From Dehalococcoidia bacterium (GTDB lineage: Bacteria; Chloroflexota; Dehalococcoidia; Bin125): DNA of 64,000 nt. The stretch lies in the NCBI GenBank assembly GCA_963662615.2, contig CAXXSR010000001.1, forward strand, positions 1,024,001 to 1,088,000. The letters run 5' to 3'. Positions 38,888 to 48,964 of this stretch are shown here, piece by piece; position 1 is the first letter of the stretch, and each line of letters starts with the position of its first letter. The position numbers were made by a program, and so were the translations under genes. The notes under the pieces were generated by a model. That model saw only the letters and a list, made by a program, of their open reading frames with translations, was not told where the DNA came from and did no database searches.

Positions 38888-38931
38888 CCCCCTCTCCATC
38901 CTTCCGAGGAAGGACGGAGAGGGGGCCGGGG
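38888..38931. repeat. Second palindromic repeat family (CCCCCTCTCC...GGAGAGGGGGCCRGGG), copy 1
   Basis: Same arms as 59921-59966; loop holds tccttcc-ga-ggaagga. Confidence 0.8.
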
Positions 38932-38950
38932 CTACGGTCCGTTCCTTGAC

Positions 38951-40764
38951 CTACGACGCCGCGATCGCGCACACCGCGAACACCTGCAGCTGCCAGAGCG
39001 GCGGCGGCGGGTCGTTTGGCTTCGTCTCAGGGAAGGTGCGCACCGCGACCACCTCCCACCCCGTTAGCTCAATGTCGAAGGGGGCGCTCCGCTGGAGGGC
39101 CACCTCGGACACGTTGAGTGCGATGCCGCCGTCCAGCAACACCTCGTATCCGCCCCCGATCGCCTTCTTGCCCGCCGGACAGAAGGCGACCACGCTGTGC
39201 ACCTCGCTCAAGTCAGCCGGACTCCCCGCAATGACCAACTCCAGCCCTGCCAGCCCTCCACTCGGACCCCCACCGCCAGAGGGGGCGGGACAGCCCTTCG
39301 GGCCGCTATTGGCGGGGCTCACCAGGTCGAGAGCAACCTCCGTGAAGGCGCCGGCAAGGACGTCGAACGAATCACTCGGGCAGGAGTCCCCGATGGTGAA
39401 GGTGACGGACGCAGCATCGGCGGAAAACACCAGGATCTCCCAGGTGAGCCCACCTAGGGACAGGGGCAAATTCGCGATGGTCGCCTCGCCCACGAGTTCG
39501 CCGCTTTCGTTGTCGGCTCGAACTACGGACCCGGCGGCGGCCAACTCGCCGTCTAGCAACGCCCCCGATCCAGTGCTCTCGCTTCCGAAGAACCCTTGAG
39601 GTGGCACCACTGGCGGCGGCTCCTGACCGCCACAGCCATTCGGCCCGCTATTGGCGAGGCTCACCAGGTCCAGCGCGACCTCGCTAAGCGTGCCGGACAC
39701 GACCGCAAAAGCGTCGCTTGGGCAGGAGTCGCCAATGCGGAATACCACCGTAGTAGCAACAGTTGGCTCCACCTGAATGACCCAGGTGCCATCCGTGATC
39801 GTCGTAGCATCCACCAGGACGCCCGCCTCGTTCGCAGCGCTTACTCCGGATCCGTCCGGCGCCTGGACCCCGTCCAGGAGCGCCGCCGAACCCGTGTTCA
39901 CGCTGCCGAAGAACTGGGCCGGCCCCGGCGGCACCGGCTCGATTTGCCCCCGCACTTGACCGGCCGGATTGGCCGCGGTGTGGACGTCGGCGTAGGTCTG
40001 GCCATTGCTGAGGGACGCGACGAAGGCCTCAAAATCCCCCGCCAGGACGTCCAGGAGGTCCGCGACGGTGATCGTGCCGCTCGTGAGCACGCCATCGACA
40101 GCGGGGTCGGCCGGCCCGAAGAGGAACGCCACCACCGTCCCGTTCACGTCCGGCTCGCCCAGGTGGATGTGCGCCTGCGTGATCTCCAACGCGTCCGAGG
40201 TCAGGGTGTAGTCCAGCGCCCCGTCCGTGACCATGGCATTGAAGCCGCCCGTCGCGATCGTGGTAATCGGCGGCACCACGGCGTCACCGCTCAGCGTCGC
40301 GCTGAACGACGTCGGCGGCGGCAGCGGCGGCGGCGCCTGACCGCCACAGCCACTCGTGCCGCTATTGGCGAGGCTCAAGAGGTCCAGCGCGACCTGGGTC
40401 AGCGTGCCGGACGCGACCGCAAAAGCGGCGCTTGGGCAGGAGTCTTCAATGCGGAATACGACCGTAGTGGCAGCAGTTGGCTCCACCTGAATGGCCCAGG
40501 TTCCATCCGTGATCGTCGTAGCATCCACCAGGACGCCCGCCTCGTTCGCAGCGCTCACTCCGGATCCGTCCGGCGCCTGGACCCCGTCCAGGAGCGCCGC
40601 CGATCCGGTGTTCACGCTGCCGAAGAACTGGGCCGGGGCCGGCGGGGCGCCTCCTGCGCCAGCGCTGCCGTCACTCCGTAAGCCATCGCCCCCATGATCG
40701 CCAGCGCGACCAGCGCCAGCGTCCCGCGCCTGCCCAGTGAACGCACAATCGTCAAAGTACTCAT
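38951..40764 (-). pseudogene. Secreted protein with a CHRD domain and three ~100-aa repeat domains; frameshifted just after the signal peptide
   Basis: The signal-peptide ORF from ATG 40764 joins the 38951..40615 frame if one C is added at the run 40644-40647; CHRD motifs FSATLSG...ITQAHIH...YADVHT...GQVRGQI. Confidence 0.7.
39622..40636. repeat. Intragenic near-identical ~300-bp duplication (39622-39922 and 40336-40636)
   Basis: Both encode AQFFGSVNTGSAALLDGVQAPDGSGVSAANEAG...SLANSG..GCGGQ. Confidence 0.9.
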
Positions 40765-40859
40765 TGCTACTTCCTCGCTTTCACGCCGGAACCCGATCCG
40801 GCTCCGCTGATGAATGGACCGGGGCCGCATAGGTTACGGTCCACCGGCGGGACTTCTTG

Positions 40860-41351
40860 CTAAGGTGTGACTTCGCCCGGTGGAGGCCCCATGGGGTCGC
40901 TGCTGCAGTTAAGGCCGTCCGTCGGCGGACCATCCTTCGCCTGGCCCACCGAAGCCAGATCAAGGTCGACCTCTTCTATCTCGCCGGAAACCCACGGGAA
41001 CGACACACTTTCTTCGGAATAGGACCCGCGCGCCGAAATGATGAACCTGACGCTGGTAGCGCTCCCCGGGTCAACCTGAATAAACCAGACCCCCTGACAG
41101 ATGGGCGAGGCGCCAACAATATCTCCGCCCACGTTGAGGGCACTGACCACGCCGCCGCTCCGGATGTCCTTGCCGTCAAGCGTTGCCGGCGAGCCGTTTT
41201 CGAGGTCGCCATAAAATGCATGTGGCGGGGGCGGCGGCGGCTGTGCGCTGGCCGTCGATAAGCCGAAGGCCATCGCGCCCATGACCGCCAGCGCGACCAG
41301 CGCTAGCGTCCCGCGTCTGCCCAGTGACCGCATACTCGTCACATTTCTCAT
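40860..41351 (-). CDS. Secreted single-domain paralog of the adjacent repeat protein
   Basis: Signal RSLGRRGTLALVALAVMGAMAFG is nearly identical to the neighbour's; PPHAFYG...LDG...WFIQV domain. Confidence 0.75.
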   Translation of the reverse strand: MRNVTSMRSLGRRGTLALVALAVMGAMAFGLSTASAQPPPPPPHAFYGDLENGSPATLDGKDIRSGGVVSALNVGGDIVGASPICQGVWFIQVDPGSATSVRFIISARGSYSEESVSFPWVSGEIEEVDLDLASVGQAKDGPPTDGLNCSSDPMGPPPGEVTP

Positions 41352-41817
41352 CGTTGCTTCCTCACGTTCGCGCCGGAACCTGTTTCGGCTGCGCTGCTAG
41401 ATGCACGGGGATGCCCTCCGGTGCGGTCCACTCCCGCGATTGGCAACGCCGCCAAGAACGGCAGTCCAAACAGGGACTGGCCCATGGTTGCCGGCAGCGC
41501 CGGCTCGCCGAACCTCGCGTCAATCGATGTCATCTCTGCATCGCCCTCCCATTCCCCAGAGCCCATCGTCGCGCCGCCCATGCCATCCCAAACGACGGCG
41601 CGCCTCCATAGGTTCCGGATCCTCCCGAATGGTCGAAGTGCGCGGGAACTTACTAGAGCGCGATGTCGTTTGGCATCGTATGAACGACGACCACCGCAAC
41701 ATCCCCTGCCGCGACCCGCCCCCTCTGAGGCCCTAGCGCCGCGCCCCTCGATGGCGCGCGCGCACCTTGATCCCTCACCTTCACGTGAAGGATCCGACGG
41801 AAAGGAATTTTCTAATC

Positions 41818-42435
41818 ATGTATTTACTGAGACGCAGACACCAAACGACAGCCCTGGTCCTCGTCCTGGCCGCCATGCTCGTTGCCCTCGCCCTCGCGGT
41901 GGTGCTCCCAGGGCGAGCCGAAGCGGGCCATGTTCAGAAGACGACGAACCAGTCGGTGAGCGTCAGCGCGAGCGGCGAAGTGGGCGGTACGTTTTTGAGT
42001 GTGAATACCTTCTTCTTCGTCAACGATTTCGGTGAAGGAGGGCAGGCCAGCGTCTTCTGGAATGACGGCGTGACAGGAGTCTGCCAAGGCTCTGCGCCCA
42101 TCGATAGCACAGATCTGGTCACGAACTTCGACACAGCGGTTGATCTCGACGTGACCCTAACGCTCAAGGGGATCGAGGGAGAGGTCGATTGCGCTCTCCT
42201 CGGAACGGAAGTGACCCTTAACCTCGACTGGGATTCCACCGCAGTGACATCGACCACCCGCTCCAACACGCGTGGCCCAACCTTCCACTGTCGCAGCACG
42301 GGAACCACTCACGACGCTCGCCTGAGCGGTACGACCGACGAGATCGGTATAGCTGGCTCGGCCTTGGATTTCGCGTTCATGAGCTTCAACACGAGCGTGT
42401 GTCAGAACCAGTTGCACGGAGAGGGACGCCCCTAA
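41818..42435 (+). CDS. Secreted hypothetical protein
   Basis: AAGGA SD; hydrophobic signal ending AEA; beta-rich mature part with 4 Cys. Confidence 0.7.
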   Translation: MYLLRRRHQTTALVLVLAAMLVALALAVVLPGRAEAGHVQKTTNQSVSVSASGEVGGTFLSVNTFFFVNDFGEGGQASVFWNDGVTGVCQGSAPIDSTDLVTNFDTAVDLDVTLTLKGIEGEVDCALLGTEVTLNLDWDSTAVTSTTRSNTRGPTFHCRSTGTTHDARLSGTTDEIGIAGSALDFAFMSFNTSVCQNQLHGEGRP

Positions 42436-42461
42436 CGGCGGTTCAGAGCCCGCATGGACTG

Positions 42462-42497
42462 AAGGCTCCGGTCCTTCCCAGGAAGGACCGGAGCCTT
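42462..42497. terminator. Perfect 17-bp-stem hairpin between convergent genes
   Basis: aaggctccggtccttcc-ca-ggaaggaccggagcctt. Confidence 0.65.
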
Positions 42498-42602
42498 GCG
42501 CTTCCCAGACGTGATTGACGGCGGGGGTCGATCAGCGCGAGCCGGAGTCGGTGCTGGGCGACCCCATCCTGCGCGACGGCACAGGGGAGCCCGCTGCGGC
42601 GG

Positions 42603-43829
42603 CTAGCTGACCCGCGCCCTCGCGGCTCCGGGCTGCGGCTGCGGCGTCTTGGCGCTGACCAGCTCCACGTCGTTGGACAGCGCCGAAACTACGCGCACCT
42701 TCAACGCATCCAGGCCCCATCCCGTCGCGGCCGAGATCAGGACGGTGTCCGGCCGGGCGGCGGTCAGCTCCTCGCTAAGCCCGTCCACCCCAACCGCTTC
42801 CGCCTCCGGCGCTTCCCTACCAAGGCCCAAGAGGTCCGCCTTGTTCAGCGCCGTCACCCGCGGGCGATCGGCCAGCCCCAACTCCGCCAGCGAGTCCTCT
42901 ACGGTCTGTCTCTGCTCGGCGGCGTCCGCGTGCGTGATGTCCACCACGTGCAGGAGGACATCGGCGTCTTCCAGCTCTTCCAGCGTGGCCCGGAACGCCG
43001 CCACCAGCTCGGCGGGCAGCTTCTGGATGAAGCCCACCGTATCGGTCAGCAGCACTTCCAGGTCATCGCGCAGCCGCCAGCGTCGTGTCACCGGGTCCAG
43101 CGTCTCGAAGAGCCGCTCGTCGGCGCGCACGTCGGCGCGGGTGAGGGCGTTCAGTAGCGTGCTCTTGCCGGCGTTCGTGTAGCCCACCAGCGCGACTACC
43201 AGCGCGCCCGCCCGCTGCCGGCTCCGACGATAGCGGCGCCGGTGCCGTCGCACCTGCTCCAGCCGCTGCTTGAGCCGCCGGATATGGTTGCGAATGAGGC
43301 GACGGTCCGTCTCCAACTGCGTTTCGCCCGGCCCCCGCGCGCCTATGGCGCCTTCCATCCGCTCCAAGTGCGACCACTGCCCCGCCAGTCGCGGCAGCAG
43401 GTATTCGTGCTGCGCCAGCGCCACCTGCAGCGCCCCCTCCGACGACCGCGCCCGCTGCGCGAAGATGTCCAGGATCAGCGCCGTGCGGTCAATCACCTTC
43501 ACCGCCAGCGCCTCCTCCAGCGTCCGCTGTTGGGCGGGCGTTAATTGATCGTCGAAGATCGCCAGCGTGTAGTCCAGCGCGCCGCGCAGGTCGTGCAGCT
43601 CACGCAGCTTCCCCTTGCCCACGTACGAGTGTGGGTCCGGGTGCTTCAGCCTCTGAATCACCCGCTCCACCGGCACCGCGCCCGCGCTCCAGGCGAGCTG
43701 CGCCAGCTCCTCCACGGAAGCCTCAACATTCCAGTGCTGGGAAGCAGGCGAATCCACCGCCACCAGGATCGCCCGCTCAGGGGCGGGAGCGGTGGGGTTG
43801 CGATGCGACGGCCGACGTCGTTTCGCGAT
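42603..43829 (-). CDS. hflX: GTPase HflX (probable non-canonical ATC start)
   Basis: ERAILV, YVGKGK, DRTALILDIFAQRA, GPGETQLE, VGYTNAGKS, DTVGFI. Confidence 0.95.
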   Translation of the reverse strand: MAKRRRPSHRNPTAPAPERAILVAVDSPASQHWNVEASVEELAQLAWSAGAVPVERVIQRLKHPDPHSYVGKGKLRELHDLRGALDYTLAIFDDQLTPAQQRTLEEALAVKVIDRTALILDIFAQRARSSEGALQVALAQHEYLLPRLAGQWSHLERMEGAIGARGPGETQLETDRRLIRNHIRRLKQRLEQVRRHRRRYRRSRQRAGALVVALVGYTNAGKSTLLNALTRADVRADERLFETLDPVTRRWRLRDDLEVLLTDTVGFIQKLPAELVAAFRATLEELEDADVLLHVVDITHADAAEQRQTVEDSLAELGLADRPRVTALNKADLLGLGREAPEAEAVGVDGLSEELTAARPDTVLISAATGWGLDALKVRVVSALSNDVELVSAKTPQPQPGAARARVS

Positions 43830-43901
43830 TGCGATCTCCTCAGCGACGGGGCCGCGCGCAGGGGCAACCGAGCGCCGCTCCTTCAGAATAGAGGATCAGC
43901 C

Positions 43902-45065
43902 TTATCCCGCCGTCCAATCGGCCATGCGGCGGATCCCTTCCTCCAGCTGATCGTCCGCGATCGTCAAGGAGAGGCGCACGTAGCCCTCTCCGTACTCGCC
44001 GTACCCCCGACCCGGCGTCACCACCACCGCCTTCTCCTCCAGCAGCCGCGCCGCGAAATCGCCGCTCGTGATGCCGTCGGGCGCCTTGGCCCAGACGTAG
44101 AGGCTGGCCTGCGGCGTCCGCACTCGCAGTCCCATCTGCCGCAGCGCCGGTACCAGACGGTCTCGACGCCGCTCCAGGATCGCGTTGTTGCGCGCAATGC
44201 AGGCTTGGTCGCCCTGCAGCGCTTCGATCGCCATCAGCTGGATCGCCTGCGGGATGCCGCTGTCGATGTTCGACTTCACCCGCATCAGCGCGTTGATCAG
44301 CTCTTTGTCGCCGGCCGCCCAGCCGATCCGCCAGCCCGTCATGTTGTACGTCTTGCTGAAGGAGAAGAACTCGATCCCCAGCTCCCGCGCCCCCTCCACC
44401 TGCAGCAGCGACGGCGCTCGGTAGCCGTCGTAGCCCACCTCGCTGTAGGCGTTGTCGTGGCACAGGACCAGCTCGTACCGCCGCGCGAAGGCCACCGCTT
44501 CCGCGAAGAAGTCGGGCGGCGCCACCGCCGCCGTGGGGTTATTGGGGTAGTTCAGCCAGAGCAGCTTCGCCCTGCGCGCGATCGCCTCGGGCACCGCCGA
44601 CAGATCGGGCAGCCAGTCGTTCTCTTCCCGCAGCGGCAGCAGGTGCGACTCCCCGCCCGCGAACATGGTGCCAATGCTGTAGACCGGGTAGCCGGGATCG
44701 GGCACCAGCGCGACGTCGCCGGGGTCGATGAAGCACAACGGCACGTGCGCGATCCCCTCCTTGGCCCCAATCAGCGGCAGGATCTCGCTCTCCGGGTCGA
44801 ACGGGAGCCCGAAGCGATGCTCCATCCAGGCGGCGATCGCCTCCCGCAGCTGCGGCAGCCCTTCCGACTCCGGGTAGCGATGGTTGGGCGGGTCGTCCGA
44901 CGCCGTGTGCAGCGCCTGCAAGATGTGATCCGGCGTGGGCAGGTCCGGATCGCCGATCCCGAACGTGACCACGTCGATCCCCTGCGATCGCTTCGCGGCG
45001 ATGGCGCGGCTGATCTCCACGAACAGGTAGGCCGGCAGCGACTCGACCCGCTTGGCCACGCGCAT
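43902..45065 (-). CDS. dapL: LL-diaminopimelate aminotransferase
   Basis: LPAYLF, GIGDPDLPTP, LIGAKEG, LNYPNNPT, SFSKTYNMTGWRIG; close to dapF. Confidence 0.85.
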   Translation of the reverse strand: MRVAKRVESLPAYLFVEISRAIAAKRSQGIDVVTFGIGDPDLPTPDHILQALHTASDDPPNHRYPESEGLPQLREAIAAWMEHRFGLPFDPESEILPLIGAKEGIAHVPLCFIDPGDVALVPDPGYPVYSIGTMFAGGESHLLPLREENDWLPDLSAVPEAIARRAKLLWLNYPNNPTAAVAPPDFFAEAVAFARRYELVLCHDNAYSEVGYDGYRAPSLLQVEGARELGIEFFSFSKTYNMTGWRIGWAAGDKELINALMRVKSNIDSGIPQAIQLMAIEALQGDQACIARNNAILERRRDRLVPALRQMGLRVRTPQASLYVWAKAPDGITSGDFAARLLEEKAVVVTPGRGYGEYGEGYVRLSLTIADDQLEEGIRRMADWTAG

Positions 45066-45154
45066 CTGTGGCTCCTCCAGCATCAGCCAGGAGCGTGACG
45101 CCCGGCCGCAACGGTCAGGAGATCATCGGCGCTCGTGCTCGCGCCGACGCTACT

Positions 45155-46075
45155 CTAGAACCTGCCAAAGATCTTGCCGACTTTAACGTAGCCCGTCACC
45201 TTCTCGGCCTGACGGCGGCGCACCTCCGCTGGGTCCACGGGGCGGCTGAAGATCAGCCCTCGTCCCTGGTGCCCAAACCCATGCGCTTTCCAGAACGGCT
45301 CGCCCACCGCGTCGCTCGCCACGCGCACGCTCAGCGCACGCCGGTCGTGTCGTCGCCCGTACTCGCAGGCCGCCTGCACCAGCGCCGCGGCTGGAGCGTC
45401 CCCGTCGCAGCGAAACTCCTCCGCCACCATGCCGCGCCCCTCTCCATCCACGATGCGCATGTAACCGGCCGGCCGCCCGGCGACCTCCGCCACCCCCACC
45501 CAGAGGGCGTCCGCAAAGAACTGGGACGGGAGCGGCGGCGCCATGGCGTCCTCGCCTGCCAGGCGCTCCTCCAGGGCCACAACGATGCCGGCATCGCCCT
45601 CCCTCGCTTCGCGTACGCGTACTGCCGGCGACGGCCCCGGCGCCGCTACAGCGCCCACGTCAGTGCAGCGCATCAGCGCGAACTCCGCAGGCTCGTCGAA
45701 CCCCGCGGCCCGCAGGATCGGCTCAACCAGATGCCGGTGCGGAAAGTCGGAGAAGTCCAGCGTCATCACACTGGCGGCGCTGTCCTCGCAGGCGAATTGC
45801 CCCACTTCGTCCAGCATCGCCGCCAGCTCCTGCCGCATGACCTCAACGCCGTCAAACTCGTAGAAGATCTTGAATCGACGCCCGCAGCGAACGCCCAACA
45901 CGGTGCCCCCCTCGCGCAGGACCACGACAACGTTCGCCCCTGAGGCGAGCGTTTCGATAGCCAAGTCCGGGAGATTGCGGTAGACCTGCCGCCGCGACGC
46001 GATGCTCTTGTGACGCCGGCGCACCAAGCCGGGCCGGCGGTCCTGGGCGAAGCGCGTCCAGTCAGGCAGGACCAT
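45155..46075 (-). CDS. Hypothetical protein with a tandem GNAT-like fold
   Basis: VRVREAREGD..., FWKAHGF; coupled to dapF. Confidence 0.6.
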   Translation of the reverse strand: MVLPDWTRFAQDRRPGLVRRRHKSIASRRQVYRNLPDLAIETLASGANVVVVLREGGTVLGVRCGRRFKIFYEFDGVEVMRQELAAMLDEVGQFACEDSAASVMTLDFSDFPHRHLVEPILRAAGFDEPAEFALMRCTDVGAVAAPGPSPAVRVREAREGDAGIVVALEERLAGEDAMAPPLPSQFFADALWVGVAEVAGRPAGYMRIVDGEGRGMVAEEFRCDGDAPAAALVQAACEYGRRHDRRALSVRVASDAVGEPFWKAHGFGHQGRGLIFSRPVDPAEVRRRQAEKVTGYVKVGKIFGRF

Positions 46076-46919
46076 CCGCCCCCCACTCCCCTTCAAAAAC
46101 GTAGGCGGCCGGCCCTTCCAGGTACACAGGGCCGGCGCCGTCCCATTCCACATCCAAATCGCCGCCGGGAAGGCTCACCGTTACCCGCTCCGACGCCAGC
46201 CCGTGCAGACGCGCCGCCACCAGCGACGCGCAGGCGCCGGTGCCGCACGCCAACGTCAGGCCCGCGCCGCGCTCCCACACCCGCACCCGCAGCCGGTCGG
46301 CCGCGGGCACGTTCACGATCTCGAAGTTCGTCCGCTCTGGAAATCGCTCGTGGCGCTCCACCAGCGGCCCCACGCGCTCCAGCGCGATCTCCTCCAGGGG
46401 CGTTTCGGTGAGGTGCACGGCGTGCGGATTGCCCATCGACACGCAGGTCAAGGACCACTCACGCTCTTCGACGTCGATCCGCAGGTCCAGGACGGGCCCA
46501 TCGCCCTCGACCAACACCGGGATCTCGCTGGGCGCCAGCGCGGGCACGCCCATGGCGACGCGCACCCGATCAATGACGCCGTCCCGCCGGCTGAACGACG
46601 CCGCCAGAATCCCCGCCACGGTCTCCACCTCCAGGGCGCCGTCCCTGGCCGCCACGCCGCCGCGCTCCACGGCGTACTTCACGAAGCAGCGCAGCCCGTT
46701 GCCGCACATCTCGGCCTCGGAGCCGTCCGGGTTGTACATCCGCATCCCCACCGCCGCCCGTGCCGACTCCTCCACCACCAGCAGGCCGTCGGCGCCGACG
46801 CCGAAGTGGCGGTCGCAGAGGGGCGCCGCCAGCGCCTGCCAGTCCGCCTCCTGCCGGCGGCCGTCCACAAGCACGAAATCGTTGCCCGTGCCCTGCACTT
46901 TGATGAACGGGATCCCCAT
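46062..46919 (-). CDS. dapF: Diaminopimelate epimerase
   Basis: GTGNDF, DRHFGVGADG, AEMCGNG, MGNPH, WERGAGLTLACGTG. Confidence 0.97.
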   Translation of the reverse strand: MGIPFIKVQGTGNDFVLVDGRRQEADWQALAAPLCDRHFGVGADGLLVVEESARAAVGMRMYNPDGSEAEMCGNGLRCFVKYAVERGGVAARDGALEVETVAGILAASFSRRDGVIDRVRVAMGVPALAPSEIPVLVEGDGPVLDLRIDVEEREWSLTCVSMGNPHAVHLTETPLEEIALERVGPLVERHERFPERTNFEIVNVPAADRLRVRVWERGAGLTLACGTGACASLVAARLHGLASERVTVSLPGGDLDVEWDGAGPVYLEGPAAYVFEGEWGADGPA

Positions 46920-47038
46920 GACCCCCCGATTGTACGCGCCGCCCCGCGCCTGTCGATGCCGGTCGCGACATCAAACCCCGGCGCGAGCGGTCACTAGCGC
47001 CGCGCTGCTCCCGACGAGCCGCGAGCGCGGGCGAAAAA

Positions 47039-47096
47039 CCCGTTCGTCCCGAGCGTGTCGAAGAGCCTGTCCTGAGCTTGCCGAAGGAGCGAACGG
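47039..47096. repeat. REP copy with a second REP core nested inside
   Basis: cccgttcgtccc-gagcgtgtcga-agagcctgtcct-gagcttgccga-aggagcgaacgg; its 5' flank ccgcgagcgcgggcgaaaaa also precedes the 38745 copy. Confidence 0.85.
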
Positions 47097-47102
47097 AACA
47101 GC

Positions 47103-48062
47103 TCAGCCCCCGGCTGCGACCAGCGCCTCCGCCACATCCGTGCACCAGCGAATGCGCGCGTCACTGCGACGGAACCAAGCGCGCTGGCGGCGGGCGAAGC
47201 GACGCGTGCCCCGCTTGGCCTCCTCCACGGCTTCTTCGAGCGAAAACTCGCCTCGCAGGTACCGCACCACTTCCGCATAGCCAATGCTGGCCAGACCGGG
47301 CGCGTCGTCGGGCAGCCCCGCGCCCGCCCAGCCGGACAACAGCGCCTCCGTCTCCTCGACTAAGCCTCGCGCGAACATCTCCTCCACCCGCGCGTCGATG
47401 CGGCGATAGAGTTCGTCGGCCTCGACCACCGGCGCCACCACCACCGCGGGCATCGGATCGCGCGCCTCGTGCCACGACGAGATCGGCCGCCCCGTCGCCC
47501 GCTGCACCTCCAGCGCCCGCACCACGCGACGCACGTTGCCGGGAAGCATGCCGGCCGCCGCCTTGGGGTCAACCGACGCCAACGCCGCGTGGAGGCTCGC
47601 CAGCCCCTCTCGCTTCGCCCGCGCCTCCATCTCCGCGCGAAAATCCGCGTCCGGCGGCACGTTGGGCACGTCCCAACCCTCCAACAGCGCCCACACGTAT
47701 TGCCCTGTCCCGCCCACGAGCAGCGGCCTCCGGCCGCGCCCACGGATCTCGGCGACGGCCGCGCGTGCCTCGCGCAGGTATCGCGCCAGGTGGTAGCGCT
47801 CGCGCGGGTCCACGTGGTCCAGGCAGTGGTGCCGGACCCGCGCCAGCTCCTCCCTGCTGGGCTTGGCCGTGCCGATGTCCAGCCCGCGGTAGACCTGCCG
47901 GCTGTCCGCCCCCACGATCTCGCCGCCACCGTCGCCGGCCTCGGCCAGCGCCAGCCCCCACGACGTCTTCCCTGTCGCCGTGGGGCCCACTACAGCAATC
48001 AGGCGCGACCCTCCCACCCCACCCGCCTCGACGGCCGCCTGCCCCGGTTGCGCGACGGTCAT
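47103..48062 (-). CDS. miaA: tRNA dimethylallyltransferase
   Basis: GPTATGKT, DSRQVYRGLDIGTAKP, VGGTGQY, RRVVRALEV, ARRQRAWF. Confidence 0.96.
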   Translation of the reverse strand: MTVAQPGQAAVEAGGVGGSRLIAVVGPTATGKTSWGLALAEAGDGGGEIVGADSRQVYRGLDIGTAKPSREELARVRHHCLDHVDPRERYHLARYLREARAAVAEIRGRGRRPLLVGGTGQYVWALLEGWDVPNVPPDADFRAEMEARAKREGLASLHAALASVDPKAAAGMLPGNVRRVVRALEVQRATGRPISSWHEARDPMPAVVVAPVVEADELYRRIDARVEEMFARGLVEETEALLSGWAGAGLPDDAPGLASIGYAEVVRYLRGEFSLEEAVEEAKRGTRRFARRQRAWFRRSDARIRWCTDVAEALVAAGG

Positions 48063-48069
48063 ACGCGCG

Positions 48070-48852
48070 TCAAACGCGCTTCGCCGCCGCGATCGCGCGC
48101 GTGATCGCCAGGAACGCCTCAGCGTCCAGTGAGGCGCCGCCCACGAGGGCGCCGTCGACGTCGGGCTGCGCCGCGAACTCGGCAACGTTGTCGGGCTTCA
48201 CCGATCCGCCGTAGAGGATCCGCGCCGACTGCGCCCGCTCCTCGCCGGCCAGTCGCGCCAGCAGGCCCCGGATCAGCCCGGCGGCCGCCTGCGCCTGCTC
48301 GCCGCTGGCCGCCTGACCCGTGCCGATCGCCCACACCGGCTCGTAGGCAATGACGATGCCCTCGGGGATCGCTACACCTTGCAGCGCCCCCGTCACCTGC
48401 CGCTCCAGCACCACCTCCGTCCGCTCCGACCGACGCTCCTCCTCTCGCTCTCCCACCGCCAGGATCGGTCGCAGGCCGTGTCGCAGCGCCGCCACGATCT
48501 TACGGTTCAGCGATGCATCATCCTCGCAGAAGTGTTGCCGCCGTTCCGAGTGCCCCAGGATCACCCAGTCCGCCACCTCGGCCAGCTGGCCGGGACTGAC
48601 CTCGCCGGTGTAGGCCCCTTCCTCGGCGAAGTGCATGTTCTGTCCGGCGACGCCCACCTCCGTGCCCGCCAAACGCTCTCGCACTCGAGCGAGTTGCAGG
48701 AATCCCGGCGCTAGCACCACCTCCACTCCGTCGATGTCGTGCAGCCCGGTTTCATTCCCGCCGCCGCGCAGCCCCTCGCAGAGGCGGTCGGCCTCGGCGG
48801 CCGTCAGGTGCATCTTCCAGTTGCCCACACTCACGGGCGTTCGCTCTGCCAT
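48070..48852 (-). CDS. tpiA: Triosephosphate isomerase
   Basis: GNWKM, GAYTGEVS, ILGHSERR, AYEPVWAIGTG, LVGGASL. Confidence 0.97.
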   Translation of the reverse strand: MAERTPVSVGNWKMHLTAAEADRLCEGLRGGGNETGLHDIDGVEVVLAPGFLQLARVRERLAGTEVGVAGQNMHFAEEGAYTGEVSPGQLAEVADWVILGHSERRQHFCEDDASLNRKIVAALRHGLRPILAVGEREEERRSERTEVVLERQVTGALQGVAIPEGIVIAYEPVWAIGTGQAASGEQAQAAAGLIRGLLARLAGEERAQSARILYGGSVKPDNVAEFAAQPDVDGALVGGASLDAEAFLAITRAIAAAKRV

Positions 48853-48964
48853 TGTCAATCCCGTCGTCGGCTCACGGCCCTCGCGCCGGCCCCACTGCGC
48901 CGGCCCCGTAGCGCCGGCCCCGTCGCGCCAGCCCGTAGCCGTCGCCGGCATCGCGCCGCAACGG

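Noticed and set aside
41348-41760. Possible riboswitch or leader ORF upstream of the secreted-protein pair
   Set aside because: Some hairpins exist (for example cagtcc-aaacag-ggactg), but I could not match a known riboswitch consensus and the 77-aa ORF has no recognisable features. An Rfam scan would settle it.
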